Source: Patescibacteria group bacterium (GTDB taxonomy: Bacteria; Patescibacteriota; Minisyncoccia; Minisyncoccales; UBA10102). Taken from it: a stretch of 64,000 nt of DNA. The notes under the pieces are model-generated. The model saw nothing but the letters and a program-made list of their open reading frames with translations. It had not been told where the DNA came from and did not search any database. This document shows positions 8,708 to 16,764 of this stretch, in pieces. The translations under genes were made by a program, and so were the position numbers. Position 1 is the first letter of the stretch; every line of letters begins with the position of its first letter. The stretch spans positions 526,342 to 590,341 of the forward strand of contig JADFNM010000001.1 in NCBI GenBank assembly GCA_022563395.1, read 5' to 3'.

Positions 8708-8736
8708 TTGCTGTCAACTTGACTATCTGGTACAAT
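8708..8736 (+). promoter_or_regulatory. Sigma70-like promoter TTGCTG-N17-TACAAT
   Basis: Read directly from the sequence. It lies upstream of ORF 8753. Confidence 0.45.
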
Positions 8737-8752
8737 AGGGGGTGCAGGAAAC

Positions 8753-9133
8753 ATGAGGAGGATTGTTGCGAAAATATCGCGAGGGCAGATTATGCAAACC
8801 GTTCCCAAGGCATCTTTGGGAGTTTTGCCCATGCTTATTTCCTTTGAGCTGGGGTTTGCGTTGTTTGCAGGATACTTTGCAGCGTACTTTTTTGCAGGGC
8901 AAAAGACCTCAGAGCAAGGACGCATTCCTTCACTGGTTTTTGACATGGGGGACTGGAGGGTGCACCTTCATCACTGGCTGGTGTTTTTAGGTATTTTTGT
9001 TGGAGCAGCCATAGCAAGCTTTTTCATTGTTTCTCCTTTTTTGTTCTACGGATTCTTGGGTGGAGTCATTGTGCAGGGGCTTTTGCACTACGATGACTGG
9101 CCTCGCATTGTGAGTAAGCAAGAAAAGACATAA
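8753..9133 (+). CDS. Hypothetical membrane protein
   Basis: 126 aa with 3-4 hydrophobic segments. No recognisable motif, and the start is uncertain. Confidence 0.45.
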   Translation: MRRIVAKISRGQIMQTVPKASLGVLPMLISFELGFALFAGYFAAYFFAGQKTSEQGRIPSLVFDMGDWRVHLHHWLVFLGIFVGAAIASFFIVSPFLFYGFLGGVIVQGLLHYDDWPRIVSKQEKT

Positions 9134-9135
9134 TC

Positions 9136-9927
9136 ATGGCGGGGGACAAAGACCAGCTTCGCTCCGAAGAAAAGAAAAAGAAGCAGTACTTTAAGTTAGT
9201 AGAGAACAAACAGTACCAGGAAGCAGAGAAGGTATGGCACAGATTGCACCAGGGTACCTATATTGGTGATCTGGTGTTTGGGGCCAATGACGGCATCATT
9301 ACCACCTTTGCTGTGGTTGCGGGAGCTGCGGGAGCCCTGCTTTCCCCGGGGATTATTATCATTCTTGGGTTGGCAAACCTCATTGCAGACGGGTTTTCCA
9401 TGGGAGCTTCAAATTTTCTTTCCCTGCGTTCACAGCGGGATTTTGTGAAGCTCCAGCGCAAAAAGGAAGAGTGGGAAGTGAAGCATTTCCCTGAGATTGA
9501 GCGGGAAGAAATTAGGAGCATCCTGCTCCACTGGGGGATTCCGAGAGAGCATGTGGAACCTGCCACGAACGCCATCACAAGAGACGAGAAACGCTGGGTT
9601 GATTTAATGATGCGAGAAGAGCTGGACCTCAAAGAAGAAGAGCCCGGTTCTCCTGCACAGCATGGGTTTGCAACTTTTCTTGCCTTTATCATTGCAGGAT
9701 TCTTTCCCCTAATCCCCTACCTTTTGCCGCAGGTTCCCAACCAGTTTTTGCTATCAAGTGTGGTAGCGGGAGTCGCCTTTTTTGGAGTGGGAGCTGCCAG
9801 GAGTTTGGTGACTGCAGCCCCACCCTTGAAAGCAGGATTGGAAATGCTTTTGATTGGAGGACTTGCCGCTGCCGTGGCATTCGGCATCGGGTTTGCGATA
9901 AAGACACTATTTGGCATTGTGGTATAA
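9136..9927 (+). CDS. VIT1/CCC1 family iron/manganese transporter
   Basis: 263 aa. Motif GDLVFGANDGIITTFAVVAGAAGA and C-terminal TM helices typical of the VIT family. Confidence 0.8.
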   Translation: MAGDKDQLRSEEKKKKQYFKLVENKQYQEAEKVWHRLHQGTYIGDLVFGANDGIITTFAVVAGAAGALLSPGIIIILGLANLIADGFSMGASNFLSLRSQRDFVKLQRKKEEWEVKHFPEIEREEIRSILLHWGIPREHVEPATNAITRDEKRWVDLMMREELDLKEEEPGSPAQHGFATFLAFIIAGFFPLIPYLLPQVPNQFLLSSVVAGVAFFGVGAARSLVTAAPPLKAGLEMLLIGGLAAAVAFGIGFAIKTLFGIVV

Positions 9928-9929
9928 CT

Positions 9930-10241
9930 ATGGAAGCTGTACTGCTTGCAGGATTTGGCGGAGGAGTGATAAGAGGATTGGTGGGATTCTTAAAACACAA
10001 GTATTCCTACAAAGAGACTTCTTTCTCTTTGCCAAGCTTTCTTTCCACCGTGTTGATTGCAGGAGGTATTGGTGTGGTAACAGCTATTACGGTTAGAGAA
10101 CTGGGATTAACCTTTCTTGGTTCTCCCCTGACTCCTGCCATGGCTCTTATCGTGGGCTATGCCGGAGGTGACTTTTTGCAAAACGTTTGGAAAATCATTA
10201 CCAAAAACCCAGAACTCTATTCCTTTTCAAAGAAGCAATAA
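9930..10241 (+). CDS. Hypothetical small membrane protein
   Basis: 103 aa with 3 hydrophobic segments. It starts 2 nt after the VIT1 stop. Confidence 0.45.
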   Translation: MEAVLLAGFGGGVIRGLVGFLKHKYSYKETSFSLPSFLSTVLIAGGIGVVTAITVRELGLTFLGSPLTPAMALIVGYAGGDFLQNVWKIITKNPELYSFSKKQ

Positions 10242-10260
10242 AATTTACTACATAAATTTT

Positions 10261-10404
10261 CAGTTTCCCCCGTGTAGGAAATTATTCAAAACCGAGGGGT
10301 CAGAGTGAACTACTTCACTCTGACGGGCGATTTCACGAGGCGTCCCTGCCGAGTGTTAAAAATCGCACCGGGTCTGGATAGTAAAGGGGGGTCGGGGGAA
10401 ACTG
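10261..10404 (+). ncRNA. Structured RNA element of unknown class (three-way junction) upstream of the nuclease gene
   Basis: P1 is 12 bp perfect (10261-10272 / 10393-10404). Hairpin A has an 11-bp stem (10299-10309 / 10314-10324). Hairpin B is closed by GCGATTT/AAATCGC with tandem G.A mismatches inside. The P1 3' strand covers the G-rich SD-like tract before ATG 10412. Confidence 0.4.
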
Positions 10405-10411
10405 TGTGACC

Positions 10412-11152
10412 ATGACTCTTGATTATTTCAAGCACAAGTATGGATACGAGGTGGAGGGCGTATGGATGCCAAGGGTGACCGCCATTACCTCGCTTACGTC
10501 CAGGCCTTTTTTTGTTGGAAGTTATCGTTCAGCCGACTGGGGGAACATGGTGCACTCTGCCATTGAGAAAATCTTAAAAGGAGAACCTCATGATGGTGAA
10601 AAGAAGATTGGGCCTTCCCTTCACGCTTTTGAGAAGTGGAGAAGGGCACACGCAGTACATATTACAAACCCCGCAGCAGACATTGAATGCAGGGTATATG
10701 ACTTTGAGAACGGGTATGCAGGAACCATAGACATGATAGCTGAGGTTAAGGGGAAAAGAGGTATTGTAGATTTGAAAACGGGAAATGGCATAAGAGACGA
10801 GTATTCTTTGCAGACCGCGGCTTATCTTAACGCGTATAACAAAGGGGCCTTAAAAAAGCTGCAGGCTACTACAAGATGGATTCTCAGAATTGATCAGTAC
10901 GAAGAATGCAAAGGATGTTTTGCAAAAAAGAAAGAAAAGGATGGGAAAGAGCGAATTTCCGGAGGAAATGAATGGTGTAATCATCAATGGTCTCTTCCAA
11001 CCGGAGAAGCCGAGTTTCTGGAACTGGAGGGGCAGGAAGAAGACCTTAAAGCATTTCTGGCAGCAAAGGAGGTATGGGAATGGTACCACCGCTCCTTCTT
11101 GAGAAAAGTTGCAAACTATCCAAAAAACAGCGTGCAAAAGGTACTAATATGA
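10412..11152 (+). CDS. PD-(D/E)XK nuclease superfamily protein (RecB/Cas4-like fold)
   Basis: Motifs GYAGTIDM...IVDLKTG (D..D-x-K) and SLQTAAYLNAY (QxxxY), plus a C-terminal Cys trio C-x2-C...C. A GTG at 10406 is an alternative start. Confidence 0.6.
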   Translation: MTLDYFKHKYGYEVEGVWMPRVTAITSLTSRPFFVGSYRSADWGNMVHSAIEKILKGEPHDGEKKIGPSLHAFEKWRRAHAVHITNPAADIECRVYDFENGYAGTIDMIAEVKGKRGIVDLKTGNGIRDEYSLQTAAYLNAYNKGALKKLQATTRWILRIDQYEECKGCFAKKKEKDGKERISGGNEWCNHQWSLPTGEAEFLELEGQEEDLKAFLAAKEVWEWYHRSFLRKVANYPKNSVQKVLI

Positions 11153-11496
11153 TAACGCAACGGATTCTTGGTTTTTTACTCCTTGCAGCAGGCCTTGCTA
11201 TTATCTTTGGCACCCTCTTTTTGTCCTACCAGATTTTCACGGGAGTGAGCCCCGCGCCAGAACTCTTTTCTCCTACTCAGACAGAACGCGAGGGTTCTTT
11301 GCCCCTTTTGCCCGGATCTCTTCAAGATTTGCAAAGACAACTGCCAGATCTTTTGGGAGAACAGTTGCAGGGGTTGCTGCCAGCTGACGTCATTCCACAA
11401 ATGCTCAACTTCGCTATCTGGTCTATGCTAGCAGGCCTCTTTTTGTTCGGCGGTTCTTTGGTTGCCGGCATTGGAGTAAGGTTGTTGAAGGGATGA
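11149..11496 (+). CDS. Hypothetical membrane protein
   Basis: 115 aa from the ATG that overlaps the upstream stop (ATGA). Two hydrophobic helices flank a soluble loop. Confidence 0.5.
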   Translation: MITQRILGFLLLAAGLAIIFGTLFLSYQIFTGVSPAPELFSPTQTEREGSLPLLPGSLQDLQRQLPDLLGEQLQGLLPADVIPQMLNFAIWSMLAGLFLFGGSLVAGIGVRLLKG

Positions 11497-11519
11497 GATT
11501 AAGAAACAATCCAATAGTT

Positions 11520-11563
11520 CTTAAATGAAATTAAGGAATCCTTAATTTCATTTAGGAGATATG
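11520..11563. repeat. R1 repeat copy with GGAGATATG flank
   Basis: CTTAAATGAAATTAAGGAATCCTTAATTTCATTTAGGAGATATG. A partial half-site GATGAGATTAAGA lies at 11492-11504. Confidence 0.9.
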
Positions 11564-11570
11564 TTGTAGT

Positions 11571-12830
11571 ATGCGAATTGTTGCTGATTTCCACATTCAC
11601 TCTCGTTTTGCGAGAGCCACCTCAAAGAGCATAAACCTGGAGAATCTTGACCTGTGGGCTAAAAAGAAGGGCATTTTAGTCATGGGGACTGGGGACTTTA
11701 CCCACCCCATGTGGATTAAAGAGTTAAAGGCAGAGCTGGAGCCAGCAGAGCAGGGTCTGCAGAAAAGAAAAGGAGGAGGAGAAACAAGGTTTGTCTTTTC
11801 TGCTGAAATCAGCTGCATCTACTCAAAGGGAGGACAGGTAAGAAAGATTCATCTTCTTTTGCTTGTTCCCTCGCTTTCTGCGGTAGAGAAAATCAACACG
11901 CAGCTTTCATGGATAGGGAATCTAAGGAGTGACGGCAGACCCATCTTGGGCATTGATGCAAAGGAAGTGGTAAAGATTGTCTTGGATGCTGACCCCTCTT
12001 CTTTGGTAGTTCCGGCTCACGCTTGGACCCCCTGGTTTTCGATATTTGGGTCAAAATCGGGATTTAACTCGCTTAGAGAATGTTTTGATGAATATACCAA
12101 GTATATCTATGCCATTGAGACCGGGCTTTCCTCAGATCCCGCAATGAATTGGAGGTTGTCTGCGTTGGATACTATCACCCTGCTTAGCAATTCAGATTCA
12201 CATTCCTTAGAAAAGATTGGAAGGGAGGTGAATGTTTTTGATACCGAACTAAGCTATCCTGCAATAAGGGAAGCTATTGTAAAGAAAGACCCAAAGAAAT
12301 TTTTGTTTACTGTTGAGTTTTTTCCCGAGGAAGGAAAATACCATTATGACGGACACCGTCTATGCAATGTTTCCCTGAGTCCAGAAGAGTCAAAAAAACA
12401 AGGAAACCAATGCCATGTATGCAAGAGGCCTTTAACCATTGGGGTATTGAACCGAGTGGCGGAGCTTGCTGATAGGCCCGCCTTCAATAAATCTTCGGCG
12501 GATAAACCAGAAGGTGCAATACCGTACAAATCCCTCATTCCTCTACAAGAAATTATTGCAGATGCACTGCACCAAGGGGTTGGCACCAAGCAAGGAAAGA
12601 CAGAGTATGAAAAGCTTATCTTGAGATTTCAAACCGAGTTTGCAGTGCTTTTAGATGCAAAGGCAGGGGAATTAAAAGAAGCAACGCTTCCTGAAATTGC
12701 AGAGGGCATTGTATGGGCGAGGGAAGGAAAGGTGCAAATTGAACCTGGGTATGACGGGGAGTTTGGCAAGATTAAGATTTTTAAAGATGACGAGCAAAAG
12801 GACAGTGCCATCCAAAAAAGTTTGTTTTGA
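11571..12830 (+). CDS. PHP-domain protein, endonuclease Q-like
   Basis: 419 aa. N-terminal PHP motif DFHIHSRFARATS...GTGDFTHP and an internal zinc-finger-like CNVS...CHVCKRPLTIGVLNRV. The architecture matches EndoQ/TIGR00375-type proteins, judged from memory. Confidence 0.6.
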   Translation: MRIVADFHIHSRFARATSKSINLENLDLWAKKKGILVMGTGDFTHPMWIKELKAELEPAEQGLQKRKGGGETRFVFSAEISCIYSKGGQVRKIHLLLLVPSLSAVEKINTQLSWIGNLRSDGRPILGIDAKEVVKIVLDADPSSLVVPAHAWTPWFSIFGSKSGFNSLRECFDEYTKYIYAIETGLSSDPAMNWRLSALDTITLLSNSDSHSLEKIGREVNVFDTELSYPAIREAIVKKDPKKFLFTVEFFPEEGKYHYDGHRLCNVSLSPEESKKQGNQCHVCKRPLTIGVLNRVAELADRPAFNKSSADKPEGAIPYKSLIPLQEIIADALHQGVGTKQGKTEYEKLILRFQTEFAVLLDAKAGELKEATLPEIAEGIVWAREGKVQIEPGYDGEFGKIKIFKDDEQKDSAIQKSLF

Positions 12831-12837
12831 GATTCTG

Positions 12838-12866
12838 TTGACAACGTTTTGCTTGCATAATATGAT
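12838..12866 (+). promoter_or_regulatory. Sigma70-like promoter TTGACA-N17-TATGAT (argG)
   Basis: Read directly from the sequence. Confidence 0.5.
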
Positions 12867-12902
12867 AAATGCGCCTTTTTAGTTTAAAAAAATAAACTCA
12901 TT

Positions 12903-14171
12903 ATGATAACGGTAGCGGATTTAAAGGGTAAAACAGTAGCAGCTGCGGTCTCCGGAGGGCTAGACTCCTGTACTTTAACCCGTTGGCTGACAGATAACAG
13001 TGTTACGGTTATCTGTTTTGTAGTTGATCTCGCGCAACCAGATGAGGTGAACTTTGATAACGCGAAAAAGAGACTGTTAATAGCGGGTGCCAAAGAAGTT
13101 GTAGTTGTAGATGGGAAAAATGATTTAGCGCACATTGGGATTTTGGGAGTACAAATGCAAGCAAAATATGAGGGGGGGTATTGGAATACCACAGGTTTAG
13201 CTCGCTATGTAATCACAGAACTGGTACTTCGGGAAATGAAAAAAAGAAGAATAACTATTCTTACCCATGGTGCAACTGGAAGAGGAAATGATCAAGTGAG
13301 ATTTCAACTTATCGCCAATATGCTTGACCCGAACATCGATGTTTATGCGCCCTGGAGAGACGATGCTTTTCTCGATGCCTTTGGGGGAAGAAAAGAAATG
13401 ATTGCCTTTTGTAAAAAGCGAAATATCCCAATTACAGCAACCATACACAAGTCCTATAGTACAGACGCCAATATGCTTGGCCTGACTCATGAGGCAGGAA
13501 AGTTAGAATCACTAGCTACCCCCGCTGACTTTGTTGTTCCCGAAATGGGAGTTCTTCCCCAAAATGCTCCAGACAGAGAGGAGAAGTTTTACGTGACATT
13601 TAAGAAAGGATTTCCGGTCAAAGTGAATGGCAAAAAAACAACGCTCCTTGAAGCATTTCTCCTGGCGAATAAAGTTGGGGGAAGAAATGGAGTAGGTATA
13701 GGAATTCATGTTGTAGAAAATAGGTTTGTGGGTATAAAATCGCGAGGGGTTTATGAAATGCCAGGCATGGAGCTCTTGGGGAATTGTTATGAATTTCTTC
13801 TGCAGCTTGTTTTAGAACGCCGTTCTCGAAAACTCTTTCAATCTCTTTCGGGATTCCTTTCTGAACAAATTTACCAAGGTTACTTTTACGACCCCGCATC
13901 TCAAGCTGCAATGTCTGCGGTCAAGTACATTTCCTCTCTTATCAGCGGCACTGTATACGTAAAGCTTTATAAGGGGAATGTTTTCTACCAAAAAATCGAA
14001 GATGCAAGGCACTCTCTTTACTCAGAAGAAACAGCCTCTATGGAAAAGATTGGGACCTTTAACCATGCTGATTCTGAAGGACTTTTGAATATACTCGGTA
14101 TTACTGCAAAGGCTCAGAGCGTGGCAAAACAGATTAATCTTACGCCCACAAAGGCAAAGCCCGGAGCTTAG
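12903..14171 (+). CDS. argG: Argininosuccinate synthase
   Basis: 422 aa. N-terminal PP-loop AAVSGGLDS plus the motifs GATGRGNDQVRF and STDANMLG. Confidence 0.9.
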   Translation: MITVADLKGKTVAAAVSGGLDSCTLTRWLTDNSVTVICFVVDLAQPDEVNFDNAKKRLLIAGAKEVVVVDGKNDLAHIGILGVQMQAKYEGGYWNTTGLARYVITELVLREMKKRRITILTHGATGRGNDQVRFQLIANMLDPNIDVYAPWRDDAFLDAFGGRKEMIAFCKKRNIPITATIHKSYSTDANMLGLTHEAGKLESLATPADFVVPEMGVLPQNAPDREEKFYVTFKKGFPVKVNGKKTTLLEAFLLANKVGGRNGVGIGIHVVENRFVGIKSRGVYEMPGMELLGNCYEFLLQLVLERRSRKLFQSLSGFLSEQIYQGYFYDPASQAAMSAVKYISSLISGTVYVKLYKGNVFYQKIEDARHSLYSEETASMEKIGTFNHADSEGLLNILGITAKAQSVAKQINLTPTKAKPGA

Positions 14172-14172
14172 A

Positions 14173-15672
14173 TTAGATTTGGTTTAGATAGTTAGTAACT
14201 ACTTGTTCGTCACTCCATTTAAATTGTTTATCTCTAATCTCAAGAAACTTTTCGTCACCCTTTCCCGTAATAACCACAAAATCTCCTTCTCTCGCATACT
14301 CTAAACCCTTTTGTATTGCTTTTTTTCTATCAATTTCTACCATGAAATTGTTCTTTTTTATTCCCCTCACTATCTCTTGAACGATCCTTCTTGGATTTTC
14401 ATTGCGGGGATCTTCAGATGTAATGATTGAAAAATCTGCTAATCTGGTAGCGACCCCTCCCATCTCTGCTCTTTTTTTAGGATCTCTATCGCCGGCACAA
14501 CCAAAAATTACTATCAAGCGCTTGGGAGAGTTCTTTTTCAGTGTTTTGAGACAAACCTCAAGGGATTCGGGCGTGTGGGCATAGTCTATTAGTACTCTGA
14601 ACCCCCTATTATTTTTGACTTCTTGTGCCCTACCTGGTACCCCAGAAAATCTCGCCAAGGAATTCTTGATTTTTTTGTAGGAGATTCCAAAATGAGAAGC
14701 AACGGCGATAGCAGCACATACGTTATAAACGTTATGCAGCCCAATCAAAGACGATTCGAATGTTTGGTTGCCTACTTTGAACACTGTTCTGTTGTTTTCT
14801 ATCTTAATCGATCTGGCGTTAATATCTGCGTGATTACGAACTCCGTAAGTTATTATTTTTGAGGTCACTCTCTTTTTTAGAAACTGGCAACTTTGCATGT
14901 CATTATTTATCACGGCACACTTTTCAAGGTTTTTGTTTTGGGACGTAGATAACAAATCAAAAAGTTTTGCCTTCGCGAGATAATAGTCCCTTTTGCTTTT
15001 ATGGAAGTCAAGATGTTCGCTTTGCAAGTTGGTTATGACGGCAACGTCATACTGGCACTCTTCAGCTGCTCTGCATAGTTTTAAGGCGTGCGAAGTAGCC
15101 TCGATTATGGCAACCTTTGTACCCAGCTCCACCATTCGTTTGAGGCTTTTTTGGAGCTCTGGTGCTTCGGGGCAGGTTAGGTGCGTTTCATTGACTTTGT
15201 CTGTGTAGTTTGAGATTGAATGTGCCCCTATTTTAAAATCAGCAGTTGAAAAAAACCCTGTCTTTATTCCTGCGTCTTCTAGCAGGTGACTTATTAAATA
15301 CACTGTTGTAGTTTTGCCTTTTGTTCCGGTTACACCTATCGTAAAGAGCTTTTTTGCTGGGTAAGAATAAAAGAAAGCAGAGAGTCTTTCTAAAACTTTT
15401 CTAGGGTTTGAGTTAATAATCTGACAAACATCTTCATTGATGTTCTGTCTCTTTTTGAGAATTAAAGCTTTTGCCCCATTTCTTATAGCTTTCCTAATGA
15501 ATACATGACCATCTCTTTCTTTCCCCTGATGGTTAAAAACGTCGATTGCGGCGTAAATATTATTGGGTCTTACTTTACGGTAATCATAACTCACCCCACT
15601 AACCCTGAAGTCTTTGTAGTTTAAAATTAAAGAGTCTTCTCTTAGAACAGATGACATGACGCTAAATCTCAT
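14173..15672 (-). CDS. murE: UDP-MurNAc-L-Ala-D-Glu:diamino acid ligase (full-length MurE-like)
   Basis: 499 aa. N-terminal domain (YDYRKV.PNNIY...DGH.FI..A..NGA), P-loop GVTGTKGKTTT, and C-terminal TSEDPRNENP (compare the DNPR motif). Very AT-rich, and convergent with argG with a 1-nt gap. Confidence 0.75.
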   Translation of the reverse strand: MRFSVMSSVLREDSLILNYKDFRVSGVSYDYRKVRPNNIYAAIDVFNHQGKERDGHVFIRKAIRNGAKALILKKRQNINEDVCQIINSNPRKVLERLSAFFYSYPAKKLFTIGVTGTKGKTTTVYLISHLLEDAGIKTGFFSTADFKIGAHSISNYTDKVNETHLTCPEAPELQKSLKRMVELGTKVAIIEATSHALKLCRAAEECQYDVAVITNLQSEHLDFHKSKRDYYLAKAKLFDLLSTSQNKNLEKCAVINNDMQSCQFLKKRVTSKIITYGVRNHADINARSIKIENNRTVFKVGNQTFESSLIGLHNVYNVCAAIAVASHFGISYKKIKNSLARFSGVPGRAQEVKNNRGFRVLIDYAHTPESLEVCLKTLKKNSPKRLIVIFGCAGDRDPKKRAEMGGVATRLADFSIITSEDPRNENPRRIVQEIVRGIKKNNFMVEIDRKKAIQKGLEYAREGDFVVITGKGDEKFLEIRDKQFKWSDEQVVTNYLNQI

Positions 15673-15673
15673 T

Positions 15674-16636
15674 CTAGAACGCAGGAATAAAAGCTCTTTT
15701 AAGGGACGATGACCTCCGAATTGCTTTTGAGAGCCCGAGATTAGCTATAAGACGCACAAAGGGAAGGACTTGTTTGCTATACCTTTTTGAGCATTTTAAT
15801 GGCGCAAGTCCTGGAAGGCTATATATGCACATGTGGTAAATTTCTCTTCCGTTAATACCCACAGAGTAATAAGGCTTATCGAGGGTGGTTGGCCTGCAGG
15901 TTTCAATACAGCTTATAGGGTCCGCAGAGAGGTCTAAGACCAAAGATTCTTTGTTTAAAAGCACGAGTTGCTCTTTTGTTATCAAGTATTTCCCAACTTC
16001 CTCTGCTTTTCTAAGAGTAGCGTTGACGACCACCTCTGCGTTTTTTAGGTGCTTGCCCATATTTTTCTTAGACGTTTGTTTTTCTCCAAGAACCGTTACT
16101 GAGGCCCCAAACTTACAAGCCGTTTGTATCGCTGGAATTGCCAAGTTGCCATACCCCATGATTACAATATTTTCAGGAGTTTTTTTATAGATTTTTTCAA
16201 AGAGTTTAAAGCCTGTTTTTATGCCTTCTGAACCAGAAATTTCAAAGGCTTCTACGAGCCTTTTCCCATCACTATTCTTAATCTCGTTTAATTCAATGAC
16301 GTTTATCCTTCTTTTTTTGAATTCTGCAACCATTTCTGGATGAGTGTCTCTATGAACCATGCAGATAAGGACACTATTTTTTTTCATGAGGTCTAATTCA
16401 TCAAGGGTAGGGATTCTTATTCTTAAAACAATATCTGAGGAATACACCTCTTTTTTTGAAGATATTATGGCCCCGGCCCTTTTATATTCTTCGTTTGTAA
16501 ACTTAAGTTTCCTGCCAGCATCTTTCTCTACTCTCACGGTATGGCCGTCTTTTACAAGACGTTGAACAAATTGGGGGAGTAAGAGTACTCTTTTTTCTGT
16601 TTTTTCTCTATTTTCTTTTGAAACACCAATAAGCAT
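15674..16636 (-). CDS. AlaDH/PNT-family NAD(P)-dependent dehydrogenase (CEOS-like in size)
   Basis: 320 aa. N-terminus IGVSKENREKTEKRVLLLP and Rossmann motif IVIMGYGNLAIPAIQ. Its stop is 1 nt from the murE start. Very AT-rich. Confidence 0.6.
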   Translation of the reverse strand: MLIGVSKENREKTEKRVLLLPQFVQRLVKDGHTVRVEKDAGRKLKFTNEEYKRAGAIISSKKEVYSSDIVLRIRIPTLDELDLMKKNSVLICMVHRDTHPEMVAEFKKRRINVIELNEIKNSDGKRLVEAFEISGSEGIKTGFKLFEKIYKKTPENIVIMGYGNLAIPAIQTACKFGASVTVLGEKQTSKKNMGKHLKNAEVVVNATLRKAEEVGKYLITKEQLVLLNKESLVLDLSADPISCIETCRPTTLDKPYYSVGINGREIYHMCIYSLPGLAPLKCSKRYSKQVLPFVRLIANLGLSKAIRRSSSLKRAFIPAF

Positions 16637-16764
16637 ATTAGTAACTCTAGTAAGGCCCCTATATCTCGTACTGTAAAGGCATGAATACTTTTGTCAATGC
16701 TGTACTTTAAGGCAAATTGACATTGCCCCCCTTTGCACATTAGAATGAAACGGTAGGAAGAATC

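Noticed and set aside
12903-14171. argG as part of the AT-rich acquired island
   Set aside because: Hand-sampled composition of argG (24-30 G+C per 60 nt) is close to the backbone. Only the two minus-strand genes at 14173-16636 are clear AT-rich outliers.
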